Source: Candidatus Latescibacterota bacterium
GTDB lineage: Bacteria > Latescibacterota > UBA2968 > UBA8231
Length of the DNA: 64,000 nucleotides
Direction of reading: 5' to 3'
NCBI GenBank assembly: GCA_965221775.1
Contig: CBDCSU010000006.1
Coordinates: 992,001-1,056,000, forward strand
Shown here: piece by piece, positions 37,756-46,809 of the stretch
Numbering within the stretch: position 1 is the first letter of the stretch
Layout of the letters: every line of letters starts with the position of its first letter
The notes under the pieces: generated by a model
What the model saw: only the letters and a program-made list of their open reading frames with translations
Database searches by the model: none
Told to the model about the DNA's origin: nothing
Translations under genes and position numbers: made by a program

Positions 37756-38687
37756 TTGACTGCGGACCCGGGCGGACGGCCCTGGCGCAGGGCGGAGGCG
37801 CGGCGCCTGAGGCGGGCGGCTTCGTCGGCCTGGCCGGCATCCAGGATCGCCGCCAGGTCCTCCATGACCAGTGCCAGCGCAAGGGGTGGCCCGCCGGCTC
37901 CCTGGTACGAGGCGACGGCGCGCTGGTACTGGGTGACGGCCTCGTCCCGCCGGCCCTGGTACTCGTAGAGCCGGCCCAGGGCATGGTGGGCGAGAGCCAC
38001 GTCCTCGTGATCGGGGCCGTACAGGCTCTCGAAACGGCCGCGGGACTCGCCGTAGTACTGCTCCGCCTTCCCCAGGTCGTCGCCGATGGCGTTCTCGAAG
38101 CCGAAGGCGTAGAGCTGCAGGGCGAGGGCGCGTTCGGCGAGGGAGTCCGCCCGCGCGGTGTCGCCGCGCAACCGCAGGACCCTGCTGAGTCCGTGCAGGG
38201 TATAGGACATCGTCCGGTCCTCGGGGAGCAGGTCGACGAGACCGGCCTCCCCCAGCTGCAGTATCTCGGACCAGTGGGTCTCGGCCCGGTCCACGCGGCC
38301 GAGGCGCAGACTGATCTCGGCGAGGGAGCCGAGGGTGCGCGCCAGGACCAGACCCGAGAGACTGTCCGCCGCCATCCGCTCCCGCTGCAGGGCCAGGACC
38401 TCGACGTAGAGGCTCTCCGCCTGGGCCAGGTCGCCCCTCATGGCGCGGCCCATGGCCAACCCGCTGAGGGCCGCCAGCCGGCCCTCGCGGGACCCCGCGG
38501 CGGCGGCTTCTTCCAACGCGGCGCCGAAGTGGGTCACGGCGCGGTCGTAGAGCTTGTCGTGGAGTGCCTTCTGGCCGCCGCGGACCCGCACCTGCCAGGG
38601 CTCCAGCTCCGGCTCGCCGCAGCCGGCGAGGACCCCCGTGAGCAGGCAGGCGGTGATGGCCAGAGGGAGAAACGAGGTGTCGCGCAT
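37752..38687 (-). CDS. TPR lipoprotein
   Basis: Lipobox LAGC; kinesin-light-chain-type TPRs (YGPDHEDVA). Confidence 0.8.
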   Translation of the reverse strand: MRDTSFLPLAITACLLTGVLAGCGEPELEPWQVRVRGGQKALHDKLYDRAVTHFGAALEEAAAAGSREGRLAALSGLAMGRAMRGDLAQAESLYVEVLALQRERMAADSLSGLVLARTLGSLAEISLRLGRVDRAETHWSEILQLGEAGLVDLLPEDRTMSYTLHGLSRVLRLRGDTARADSLAERALALQLYAFGFENAIGDDLGKAEQYYGESRGRFESLYGPDHEDVALAHHALGRLYEYQGRRDEAVTQYQRAVASYQGAGGPPLALALVMEDLAAILDAGQADEAARLRRRASALRQGRPPGSAVN

Positions 38688-38807
38688 GGAGTTTGAACCA
38701 AAGGGCGGGTCCCGAAACCGTCAACCAGTTTGCGCCGGGACCCGCGCCTTCGCCTAGGTACGGGTTTCCCGGGCCCATCCCCCTTCCCAGGAGAGCGGAA
38801 CCCCGAG

Positions 38808-39431
38808 GTGAACGCCGTCGGCAACGATCTGGTCTACCTGGCCGACCCGGAGATCGCCGGGCACCACCTCCGGGCCCGCTTCGTCGCGCGCGTGTGCGCT
38901 CCCGGGGAGCGCGACCGCCTGTCCGGCAGCGGCGAGCCACTCGTGCTGCTGTGGTCGCTGTGGGCCGCCAAGGAGGCCGCCTACAAGGCGGCGGGCAAAA
39001 CGCGCCCGGGCCTGGTCTTCGCGCCGCGCCTCTACGAGGTGGACGCCGCCATGGGCCGGGTACGCTACCGGGACCTGGAGATGCGGGTGCGGCTCTCGAG
39101 GGACCCGCTGTGGGTCCACGCGGTGGCGGTCTGCGGCGAGGGAGATCCCGGTCGGGCGGTGGCCGGTGTCGAGCCCATCCGCGGCGGCCGTCACCAGAGC
39201 CAGGCCGTGCGCGACCTCGCCCGGCGCGGGGTGGCCGCCCACTTCGGCCTGCAGGAGACGCGCCTGGCCATCGAGAGGCGCCGCGACCCCGGGGCCCGGG
39301 ACGGACTGGCGCCGCCCCGGCTGCTGCTCGACGGGCGCCCGGCCGGCATCGATATCAGCCTCTCCCACGACGGACCCTTCGCGGCCTTCGCCGCCCTGCC
39401 TCAGGGAGCCCCCCCGGCTTCGAGCCGCTGA
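38808..39431 (+). CDS. 4'-phosphopantetheinyl transferase
   Basis: VGNDLV, LWAAKEAAYK, ISLSHDG. Confidence 0.88.
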   Translation: MNAVGNDLVYLADPEIAGHHLRARFVARVCAPGERDRLSGSGEPLVLLWSLWAAKEAAYKAAGKTRPGLVFAPRLYEVDAAMGRVRYRDLEMRVRLSRDPLWVHAVAVCGEGDPGRAVAGVEPIRGGRHQSQAVRDLARRGVAAHFGLQETRLAIERRRDPGARDGLAPPRLLLDGRPAGIDISLSHDGPFAAFAALPQGAPPASSR

Positions 39432-40234
39432 CGCAGCTCGCGCTCCTCCTCGGCCAGGTTCGCCACCTCCGCCAGCACCCGCCGCCCGGCCTTGACCTGG
39501 TTGCGCAGCAGCCGCGGGTCCTCCCCGTCGAAGGGCGACAGGTCGACGGGGGCGCCGAAAGCGACGATGACCGGGGGGCCGGAGCCGGTGTAGTTGTAGA
39601 CCGCCTCGCGGGCCAGGTTGTCGCTGATCCCGTTGATGAAGACGGGGATCACGATAGCCCTCGACTGCAGCAGGACGCGTCCGAACCCGGGCTCGGCGGG
39701 CAGCAGCTCGTAGGGGTCGGGTCCCCTGCCGCGCGTGCCCTCCGGGTGGATGCCGACGAAGGTCTCCGGCGACCGCAGTTGCTCGATCAGGTAGTCGAGG
39801 CAGGCGCGGGTGACGCCGCGCTTGGCCCGCGGCCGGAAGATCGGCGGGTACATGTTGCAGGAGCTGGCCAGGAAGTTGACGAGGATACCCAGGGGGTTGT
39901 CGTAGAAGAAGTTGGAGCGGACGGGGAAGAACCAGCGCCGCCAGAAGCCGACGTGCTCCACGAGGTGGGCGAGGATGAAGAACTGATCGAGAAAGGTGCG
40001 ATGGTTGGCCGCCATGATCACGCCGCGGTCCGGCTGCAGGGAGGCAACCCTCTCGAGCCCGATCAGGTGGGTCCGGCGGCTCGTGCCCAGCAGCACGAAC
40101 CGCCGCTGCAGGCGCAGGTTGAGCCAGTAGAAGGCGCGTTGCACCGCCGGCGTCTCGTTCATCCACCCCGCGAAGGCGAGGCCGAGACGCTCGACGTGGC
40201 TCAGGCTGGCCCGTTCATCGGCGGATATGCGCAC
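39401..40234 (-). CDS. Lysophospholipid (PlsC-like) acyltransferase
   Basis: ANHRTFLD (HX4D), HPEGTRG. Confidence 0.88.
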   Translation of the reverse strand: MRISADERASLSHVERLGLAFAGWMNETPAVQRAFYWLNLRLQRRFVLLGTSRRTHLIGLERVASLQPDRGVIMAANHRTFLDQFFILAHLVEHVGFWRRWFFPVRSNFFYDNPLGILVNFLASSCNMYPPIFRPRAKRGVTRACLDYLIEQLRSPETFVGIHPEGTRGRGPDPYELLPAEPGFGRVLLQSRAIVIPVFINGISDNLAREAVYNYTGSGPPVIVAFGAPVDLSPFDGEDPRLLRNQVKAGRRVLAEVANLAEEERELRQRLEAGGAP

Positions 40235-40270
40235 GAGGCCGGCCTGGTGGCGGAGGGGGTCCTGCGGGGA

Positions 40271-40519
40271 TCAGCCCGAGGTGGCCACGATCAGGTTCAC
40301 CGCGTCGCCCACGGTGGCCACCTGATCGGCGTCGTCGTCGGAGACCTCGATGCCGAAAGCGTCCTCGATCTCCAGCACGATGTCGACGAGCCGGGCGGAG
40401 TTGACCTCCAGGTCGGCCTGCAGCGAGGTCTCCATGGAGACCCCCGACAGGGCTTCCTCGTTCTTGGCGAAAGGCTTGAGGATGGCGACGATCTTGTCGA
40501 AGACTTCCTGCGTGTTCAT
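40271..40519 (-). CDS. Acyl carrier protein (NS-type attachment motif)
   Basis: DLEVNSARLVDIVLEIEDAFGIEV...TVGDAV. Confidence 0.92.
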   Translation of the reverse strand: MNTQEVFDKIVAILKPFAKNEEALSGVSMETSLQADLEVNSARLVDIVLEIEDAFGIEVSDDDADQVATVGDAVNLIVATSG

Positions 40520-40558
40520 CGTGTCGTTCCTTGCGTTGCGGTGAAGTGGTTTTTCTGG

Positions 40559-41842
40559 TCAGTCGAACTTCCGGAAGATGACGCAGCCGTTGACGTCTCC
40601 GAAGCCGAAGCTGGCCTTGGCGATGACCGCGAGATCGGGCGCCTCCACGGTCTCGTGGGGAATGCGGTCGGCGTAGGCCTCCAGTTCGGGGTGCAGATCC
40701 TCGCAATTCAGCGACCCGTGGACAAATCCCTCGTGCAGCTCGAGGACGGCGGCGACGCACTCGAGGCCGCCGGCGGCGCCGAGGCCGTGGCCGATGAGGG
40801 ACTTGGTGCTCTGGATCCAGGGCATGTCACCAGGCTCGCGGCCGAGGGCCCGGGACCAGTTGTGGACCTCGTGGGGGTCGGCGAAGGTGGCGGTGAGGTG
40901 GCCGTTGATGGCGTCGACCTCCTGGCCGCGAATGCCGGCCATGTCGAGGGCCGCCCCCAGGCAGCGCTGCACGCTCACCGGGTTCGGCGCCGTCATGCTG
41001 CCCCCCTGGCGATGGCCGCCGCAGTTGAGGGCGCAGCCGATGACCTCGGCGTAGATGCGGGCGCCGCGCTCGCGGGCGCTGTCCAGCTCCTCGAGCATGA
41101 GCACGCCGGCGCCCGACCCGGGCACGAACCCGGCGGCGCTGGCGCTCATCGGGCGGGAGGCGGCCTCGGGCTCGTCGTTCTTCGTGCGATTGAGGACGCG
41201 CATGGCGTCGAAGCCGGCCCAGATGTAGTGGGAGTGGCCCTCGGAGCCGCCGGCCAGCATGCGCCGCGCGAGTCCGTCGCGGATGCGGTGATAGCCCTGG
41301 ATGACCGCCTCGGTGCCGGTGTTGCAGGCGCTGGAGTTGGTGCTCACCTGGTTGCCCAGGCCGAGCTTGCCGGCGATGCGGGCGCTGTTGCCGCTCGACA
41401 TGATCTGCTCGACCATGGTGCTGCCGAGGCGCTTCACCCGGCCCGCTTGGGTGCGCGGCGCCAGGGTCTCGGCGATCGTGTCGATGCCGCCGATGCCGGT
41501 GCCGATGATGCCTCCCGTGTCCCAGTCGGGCTCGCCGCCGTCGGGCTCGGGCAGGTCCAGTCCGGCGTCGGTCCAGGCGTCGATGGTGGCGATGGCGGCG
41601 TAGACCATGTTGGCGTTCATGGCGAACAGCTCTTCGCCGGTGAGGTAGCGGCCCTGGATCTCCTCCACGTTGGCGGGCACGCCGCCCACCTGGCAGGCGA
41701 AGTTCAGGTCGGCGAGCTGCTGGTGAAAGGCGATGCCGCTCACGCCGTCGCGCAGGGCCCGGCCGAACTCCTCCAGGCCGTGTCCGTTGGGGGCCAGCAC
41801 CCCCATGCCGGTGACGACGACGCGCGGTTCAGAATTGCTCAC
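40559..41842 (-). CDS. Beta-ketoacyl-ACP synthase (FabF/FabB-like)
   Basis: VVVTGMG, SSAC, NGHLTAT, KSLIGHGLGAAG, SFGFG. Confidence 0.92.
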   Translation of the reverse strand: MSNSEPRVVVTGMGVLAPNGHGLEEFGRALRDGVSGIAFHQQLADLNFACQVGGVPANVEEIQGRYLTGEELFAMNANMVYAAIATIDAWTDAGLDLPEPDGGEPDWDTGGIIGTGIGGIDTIAETLAPRTQAGRVKRLGSTMVEQIMSSGNSARIAGKLGLGNQVSTNSSACNTGTEAVIQGYHRIRDGLARRMLAGGSEGHSHYIWAGFDAMRVLNRTKNDEPEAASRPMSASAAGFVPGSGAGVLMLEELDSARERGARIYAEVIGCALNCGGHRQGGSMTAPNPVSVQRCLGAALDMAGIRGQEVDAINGHLTATFADPHEVHNWSRALGREPGDMPWIQSTKSLIGHGLGAAGGLECVAAVLELHEGFVHGSLNCEDLHPELEAYADRIPHETVEAPDLAVIAKASFGFGDVNGCVIFRKFD

Positions 41843-42287
41843 GGGCGACTCCCATTCCGGAGACCGTGCCGCCGGCCACGTAGGTCCCGTCGGCCAGCTT
41901 CAGCTCGACCTTCGATTTCAGCTTCCTCCTTCTCCAGAACATCTTCTCGGCGGAGACGCGCACCGTCTCCCCCGGCCCCACGACGCGCTCGAACTCGACC
42001 TCGGCATCGGTGAAGAGGGTGACCGTCTTCGCCACCTCCCGCGCCGGAAGCTCCATGCCCAGCAGGTGGATGCCGAGGGCCACCAGACCCGTCTGGCACA
42101 TCGTCTCGATGAGGATCACCCCCGGGGTCACGGGATGCCCCGGGAAGTGGCCGGCGTAGAACGTCTCGTCGTCGCGGAAGGTGTACTCGCCCACGGCGCT
42201 GGTCTCGCCCAGGTCCACCAGGCGGTCGATGAAGCGGAAGGGCCGCTGCTGCGGGATGAGGTCCAGGACCTGCTCCGGCGTCAGCAT
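41829..42287 (-). CDS. 3-hydroxyacyl-ACP dehydratase (FabZ-like)
   Basis: IPQQRPFRFID, GHFPGHPVTPGVILIE. Confidence 0.9.
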   Translation of the reverse strand: MLTPEQVLDLIPQQRPFRFIDRLVDLGETSAVGEYTFRDDETFYAGHFPGHPVTPGVILIETMCQTGLVALGIHLLGMELPAREVAKTVTLFTDAEVEFERVVGPGETVRVSAEKMFWRRRKLKSKVELKLADGTYVAGGTVSGMGVAREQF

Positions 42288-42877
42288 CAGGCGCGGTCCA
42301 TGATGCCACCGACGCTGTGCTCCGAGCGCAGCGGGTAGTCGGGGTAGGCGATGCCGAGGAACATGCCGACCTTGGCGTCCCTGACGGTGTAGATGTGCTC
42401 GCCGTCGACCAGGACCTTCGCCGTGCCGATGGCCACGGCGGAGCCGGACTCCTTGAGCTGGGAGAACCGCCGGATGTCGACCTCGTAGCGCACGGTGCGG
42501 TTGTAGGGGCGGATCTGGCCGGCGAACTCCACCTCCTTGCAGCCCAGGGCCCGCCCCGAGCCCGGGGCCCCGCAGGCGGCGATGTAGAGCCCCACGAGCT
42601 GCCAGACGCCGTCGACGCCGAGACAGCCGGGCTGCACCGGGTCGGAGCGGAAGTGGCAATGGAAGAACCAGTCGTGGGGGGCGATGTCCTGCTCGCCGAC
42701 GATGCGGCCCCGCGGCCCCCGGCGCTCGAGCTCGGTGACCCGCGTGATCATGAGCATGGGCGGGGCCGGCAGGCGGATGAACTCCTCCGGCGCGTCGGCG
42801 ACGAGGTTGCCCTGGGACAGGGCCAACAGCTCCCCGGAGTCGTAGTGGCCGCGCTCGACGAACTCCGCGTAGGTCAC
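42287..42877 (-). CDS. fabA: 3-hydroxydecanoyl-ACP dehydratase/isomerase
   Basis: RLPAPPMLM, WFFHCHF..DPVQPGCLGVDGVWQLVG, GRALG, F.GQI.P. Confidence 0.88.
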   Translation of the reverse strand: MTYAEFVERGHYDSGELLALSQGNLVADAPEEFIRLPAPPMLMITRVTELERRGPRGRIVGEQDIAPHDWFFHCHFRSDPVQPGCLGVDGVWQLVGLYIAACGAPGSGRALGCKEVEFAGQIRPYNRTVRYEVDIRRFSQLKESGSAVAIGTAKVLVDGEHIYTVRDAKVGMFLGIAYPDYPLRSEHSVGGIMDRA

Positions 42878-43878
42878 GGCCCTTCCCCCGCGTCGATGCG
42901 CATCGCCGACCAGGTGAGCCCCGCCCCGACGACGACCAGGATGAGGGAGTCGCCCTCTTCCATGTCGTCCCAGCACTGGGAGAGGACCCCGGGCGCCCCG
43001 GCGGCCCCGGTGTTGCCGAAGCGGTCGACGTTGTACCAGTGGGCATCCTCTTCGAGGCCGAGGCGCCGGGCCACGGCCTCCAGCATCAGCAGGTTGGCCT
43101 GGTGACCGATGAAGCGCACCCGGCCGCCGGTGGCGGCGGTGCGTTCGCGCGCCCCCGGCAGCAGGTCCTCGGCCGAGGAGGCCGTCGTCTTGATGGCGAA
43201 GCGCTGCACCGCGTTGCCGTCCTGCCAGAAGTGGCCGAAGCGCGGGATTCGGACCGCCTCCCAGCGAGCCGAGTCGGCCGCCAGGGTCGTCTCCACCACC
43301 CGCAGAGGGCCCGGTTCCCGCGAGGAGAGGACGGCGGCGCTCGTGCCGTCGCCCCACAGCACCGCCGTGCGGCGGTCGCCGTAGTCGATGGCGCGGGTCG
43401 TGTTCTCCGGGTTGACGACGAGCACGAAGGGAGGAAGGCCGGACATGGAGGACAGGAAGTGCAACTGGGCGCCGAAGGTGGAACAGGCCGAGTTGAGGTC
43501 GATCCCCGGGGCGTCGATCTCGAGGGCCGCGGCGATCCGGCTGGCCTCGGCCGGGATGGCGGTGTCGGGATAGCACCCGCCGGCGATCACCAGTCCGATC
43601 TGCTCGCGGCCGACGCCGGCGCGGTCGAGGGCCAGCCCGGAGGCGCGCACCGACGTCTCGGCATTGTCGTAGACCGCCGCCTCCCGCGCCTGGCGCGGAT
43701 CCCCGTTGCGCGTCTCCCGGATGTAGTCCAGGGGCAGCACCGTGCGGCGCTCGCGGATCCCCACCCGCTCCAGGATCCAGCCGTCGTCAGTGCCGATGTC
43801 CAAGTCCTCGAGAAACGCGTTGTCGATGACGTTCTCGGGATGGAAGTGCCCCATGCCGTGGATGAACAGATCCGCCAT
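42874..43878 (-). CDS. Beta-ketoacyl-ACP synthase III (FabH-like)
   Basis: GIRERR, NSACS, GHQAN, FGNTG triad motifs. Confidence 0.9.
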   Translation of the reverse strand: MADLFIHGMGHFHPENVIDNAFLEDLDIGTDDGWILERVGIRERRTVLPLDYIRETRNGDPRQAREAAVYDNAETSVRASGLALDRAGVGREQIGLVIAGGCYPDTAIPAEASRIAAALEIDAPGIDLNSACSTFGAQLHFLSSMSGLPPFVLVVNPENTTRAIDYGDRRTAVLWGDGTSAAVLSSREPGPLRVVETTLAADSARWEAVRIPRFGHFWQDGNAVQRFAIKTTASSAEDLLPGARERTAATGGRVRFIGHQANLLMLEAVARRLGLEEDAHWYNVDRFGNTGAAGAPGVLSQCWDDMEEGDSLILVVVGAGLTWSAMRIDAGEGP

Positions 43879-43930
43879 CTGGCCTCAGCCGCGAACCTCC
43901 GCCCGATCAGGGTAAGGCAGACCCGGGCTA

Positions 43931-43971
43931 AACAGGCGTAACAATCTGTTCTCCAACAGGTTGGGTGTCAA
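43931..43971 (-). promoter_or_regulatory. sigma70-like promoter of the fatty-acid cluster with overlapping CTGTT/AACAG inverted repeats
   Basis: Minus strand TTGACA-N17-CAGATT; CTGTT-N4-AACAG at 43946-43959. Confidence 0.55.
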
Positions 43972-44076
43972 AGGAGGACTCTCCCGCCGGGGGCGGGCCG
44001 GGCCCGCCGTCGATTGCACAGACACCGGTTCCGCCCCGGCCCGTCGCCGGGTCGGGTGGGAGGGCAGCCCACGAGG

Positions 44077-44253
44077 TCAGGCCCCGGGGTCCGCCCGCGT
44101 GGGTGTCACCTCCGGCACGGGGCCGGTGTCGGTGGGGTCTCCCGGAGGGGGTTCGGACTCCACGCCCGGAGAACTGGTCGTGAAGACCCCCCTGCCGCAG
44201 GAGGCCAGCAGGACGAGCAGGAGCAGGAGCGCGAGAGAGCGGCGGAGCGCCAT
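44077..44253 (-). CDS. Small (58 aa) Pro/Thr-rich lipoprotein, not in ORF track
   Basis: MALRRSLALLLLLVLLASC lipobox; GGAG RBS. Confidence 0.7.
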   Translation of the reverse strand: MALRRSLALLLLLVLLASCGRGVFTTSSPGVESEPPPGDPTDTGPVPEVTPTRADPGA

Positions 44254-44354
44254 GGGGACAGCTCCCGTCTACGGGGCCAGGAGATCACGGCCAGCCGGGG
44301 CCGCAGCGGAACGGCCCCGCCCGAGGGTTGCCGGCGGGGCCGTTTGCACACACA

Positions 44355-44431
44355 TGGTGGGCGATGCTGGATTTGAACCAGCGACCTCCGGTATGTGAGA
44401 CCGGCGCTCTAACCAACTGAGCTAATCGCCC
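44355..44431 (-). tRNA. tRNA-Val(CAC)
   Basis: GGGCGAT acceptor; anticodon loop CTCACAT; CCA end. Confidence 0.95.
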
Positions 44432-44444
44432 GGCGGTGAAGGCC

Positions 44445-44521
44445 TGGTGGGCCCACCAGGGTTCGAACCTGGGACCAACGGATTATGAGTCCGCCGCTCT
44501 GACCAGCTGAGCTATGGGCCC
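44445..44521 (-). tRNA. tRNA-Ile2(CAT) (lysidine type; Met not excluded)
   Basis: GGGCCCA acceptor, anticodon loop CTCATAA, position after dnaG. Confidence 0.9.
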
Positions 44522-44568
44522 GGGGGGTACGACCGGCCGGACAAAGTTGCCGACGCCGCCCGGCAGGG

Positions 44569-46398
44569 TCAAGACTGAGCGGCCGATCCCTGGCCCTCCA
44601 GCCGCGTCCGTTCCACCACGAGCCGGCGATGGGCGGCCTGCAGCCGCTCCACCTCGGCTGAGTCGCCGGCCTCCGAAGCCCGCCGCAGCTGCCGGGTGGC
44701 GTTCTCGATGCGCCGCGTGAGGTCCGCGCGCCTCAGCCGATGCAGGTGGTCGCGCCACAGCTCCTCCACGTGTCCGGGGTCGAAGCTCTCCATGGCGCAG
44801 GTGGAGACCAGGCGCCGGAGGTCCTCGTCCACGTGGTTCAGCAAGGCCGTTAGGTCGACGTGGCCGTCCTCCGGCGGATGGCCGGTGAGATAGTCCACCA
44901 GGCGGCGGACGTCGGCATCGGCGAAGAGCTCGGAGGCGAGGTGCTCGCGGCTCCGCCCGACCAGCTCCGGGTGCTGCAGCAGCAGGCCGACGAACTGGCG
45001 CTCAAGCTCGCTCCCGGTGGCCGGCTTCGGGGCGCCCCCCGCGGTGCGCGGCCGGGGAGCCTGGGCCTCCGGCTCCTCGGGGAGGGCCCGCCGGGGACGG
45101 GACAGGGCCGCGCCCACGTCCCGCCGCAGCGCCTGCTCGTCGACCTCGAAGCGCTGCGCCACGCGGCGCAGCATGAGGTCGCGGCGGACCTCCTCGCGGC
45201 ACTGCGAGAACAGGGGTACCAGCCGGTCCACGGCGCGGGCCCGGCCGGCGACGGAGGTCAGGTCGACGGCCGCCGCCATGCGGTCGAGGTAGACGTCGAG
45301 GGCGGGAGGAGCCGACTCGACCAGCTCCTCCAGCGCCTCGGCGCCGCCCTCCCGGCGGACGAAGCTGTCGGGATCCTGACCCGGGGGAAGGGTGGCGATG
45401 CGGGTGTCGAGCTCCGTCCCGAGGAGCACCTCCACACCGCGCTCGGCCGCCGTGCCCCCGGCGGCGTCGCCGTCGAAGAGCAGGACGACGCGCTCGGCGT
45501 AGCGCCCCAGCAGCCTCGCGTGGGCCGGCGTCAGGGAAGTCCCGGAGGAGGCGACGACGTGGGTGGCGCCGTGCTGCACCAGGCCGATGACGTCCATGTA
45601 GCCCTCGACCACCAGCGCCGTCCGTCGGCGGCGGATCGACTCCCGCGCCCCGGCCATCCCGTAGAGCACACCGCTCTTGTGATAGATCGGGGTCTCCGGA
45701 GAGTTGAGATACTTCGGCTCGTCGTCGTCGCGCAGGGCCCGCGCGCCGAAGCCGATGGTGCGGCCCGACAGGTTGGTGATGGGGAATACGACGCGGTCCC
45801 GGAAGCGGTCGTAGTGGCCGCGGCCGGAGCGGCCCGGAAGGGCGAGGCCGGCCTGCTCCAGTTCCTCGGCGCGGAAGCCTCTCCTGGGCTTCGTCGCCAT
45901 GTCGAGGAAGCTGGTCCATCCCCCCGGGGCGTAGCCGAGGCGGAAGGTCTCGGCGGTCTCGTCGGTGACCCCGCGGCGGTGCAGGTAGCGCAGCGCCGCC
46001 GCGCCCTCGGGACGGCGCAGCATGTACTGGAAGTACTTCGCCGCAAGCTCGTTGGCGCGGAAGAGCCGGTCGTTGCGCTCGTCGTCGGCCGCGGCGCCCC
46101 CGGACCGGGGCAGCGGAATCCCGGCGCGCCCGGCGAGGAAGGTGACGGCCTCGAGGAAGGAGACCTTGTCGATCTCCTGGAGGAACTTGTAGACGTCGCC
46201 GCCGACGCCGCAGCCGAAGCAGTGATAGATCTGCAGCTCGGGATTGACGTTGAAGGAGGGCGTGTTCTCGTTGTGAAACGGGCACAGCCCGAGCCAGTTG
46301 CGGCCCTGTTGACGGAGCTGGACGTGCTCCGAGGCGACCTCGACGATGTCGGTGGCCGCCTTGATGCGCTCGATGGTATCCCGGGGGATTTCGGGCAT
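44569..46398 (-). CDS. dnaG: DNA primase
   Basis: CPFHNENTPSF...CFGC zinc finger, KYLNSPET, VEGYMDV, FDGDAAG, DPD. Confidence 0.97.
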   Translation of the reverse strand: MPEIPRDTIERIKAATDIVEVASEHVQLRQQGRNWLGLCPFHNENTPSFNVNPELQIYHCFGCGVGGDVYKFLQEIDKVSFLEAVTFLAGRAGIPLPRSGGAAADDERNDRLFRANELAAKYFQYMLRRPEGAAALRYLHRRGVTDETAETFRLGYAPGGWTSFLDMATKPRRGFRAEELEQAGLALPGRSGRGHYDRFRDRVVFPITNLSGRTIGFGARALRDDDEPKYLNSPETPIYHKSGVLYGMAGARESIRRRRTALVVEGYMDVIGLVQHGATHVVASSGTSLTPAHARLLGRYAERVVLLFDGDAAGGTAAERGVEVLLGTELDTRIATLPPGQDPDSFVRREGGAEALEELVESAPPALDVYLDRMAAAVDLTSVAGRARAVDRLVPLFSQCREEVRRDLMLRRVAQRFEVDEQALRRDVGAALSRPRRALPEEPEAQAPRPRTAGGAPKPATGSELERQFVGLLLQHPELVGRSREHLASELFADADVRRLVDYLTGHPPEDGHVDLTALLNHVDEDLRRLVSTCAMESFDPGHVEELWRDHLHRLRRADLTRRIENATRQLRRASEAGDSAEVERLQAAHRRLVVERTRLEGQGSAAQS

Positions 46399-46506
46399 GG
46401 GCAGGGGCGGAGAGAGGACCGGGCGTGCACAAGCTATCCGTCCCCCCGAACCGGGTCAAAGCCCGCGGGTGGGATCGGGCGGCGCGGCGTGTCCGGGTGT
46501 TTGCGC

Positions 46507-46535
46507 TTGACAACTCCGGACGGCTTGGATAACTT
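46507..46535 (+). promoter_or_regulatory. sigma70 promoter for rho
   Basis: TTGACA-N17-TAACTT. Confidence 0.7.
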
Positions 46536-46809
46536 GAGCCGCGTTGTTGAAAGCGGTTTTCCTCCCAACGTCCGGGGCTCCATTTCCGGATCCCCCTGAT
46601 CTCGACTCGAATATCCCAGCGCAGCCAGCCGGCTGACCAGTGTCCGCAGTTCGTATCGGCGGACCTGCGGCGCGGCGGTATCCGGTCTTCCGAGATCTGA
46701 ACTTACGCGGCCGGCAGTTCCCCGCCGGTCCCCCCGGGGCGGCTTCGCCGCCTCATTCCAAACCCCTCCGCACCAAACCAGCCCACCCTTCGGAAAGGTA
46801 ACGAGCCGC

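Noticed and set aside
38808-43878. Aryl polyene, ladderane or type II PKS assignment
   Set aside because: No chain-length factor, ketoreductase, adenylation enzyme, cyclase or radical-SAM genes are present.
44445-46398. Absence of rpoD between dnaG and tRNA-Ile2
   Set aside because: dnaG-rpoD linkage is not universal, so this is uninformative without the rest of the genome.
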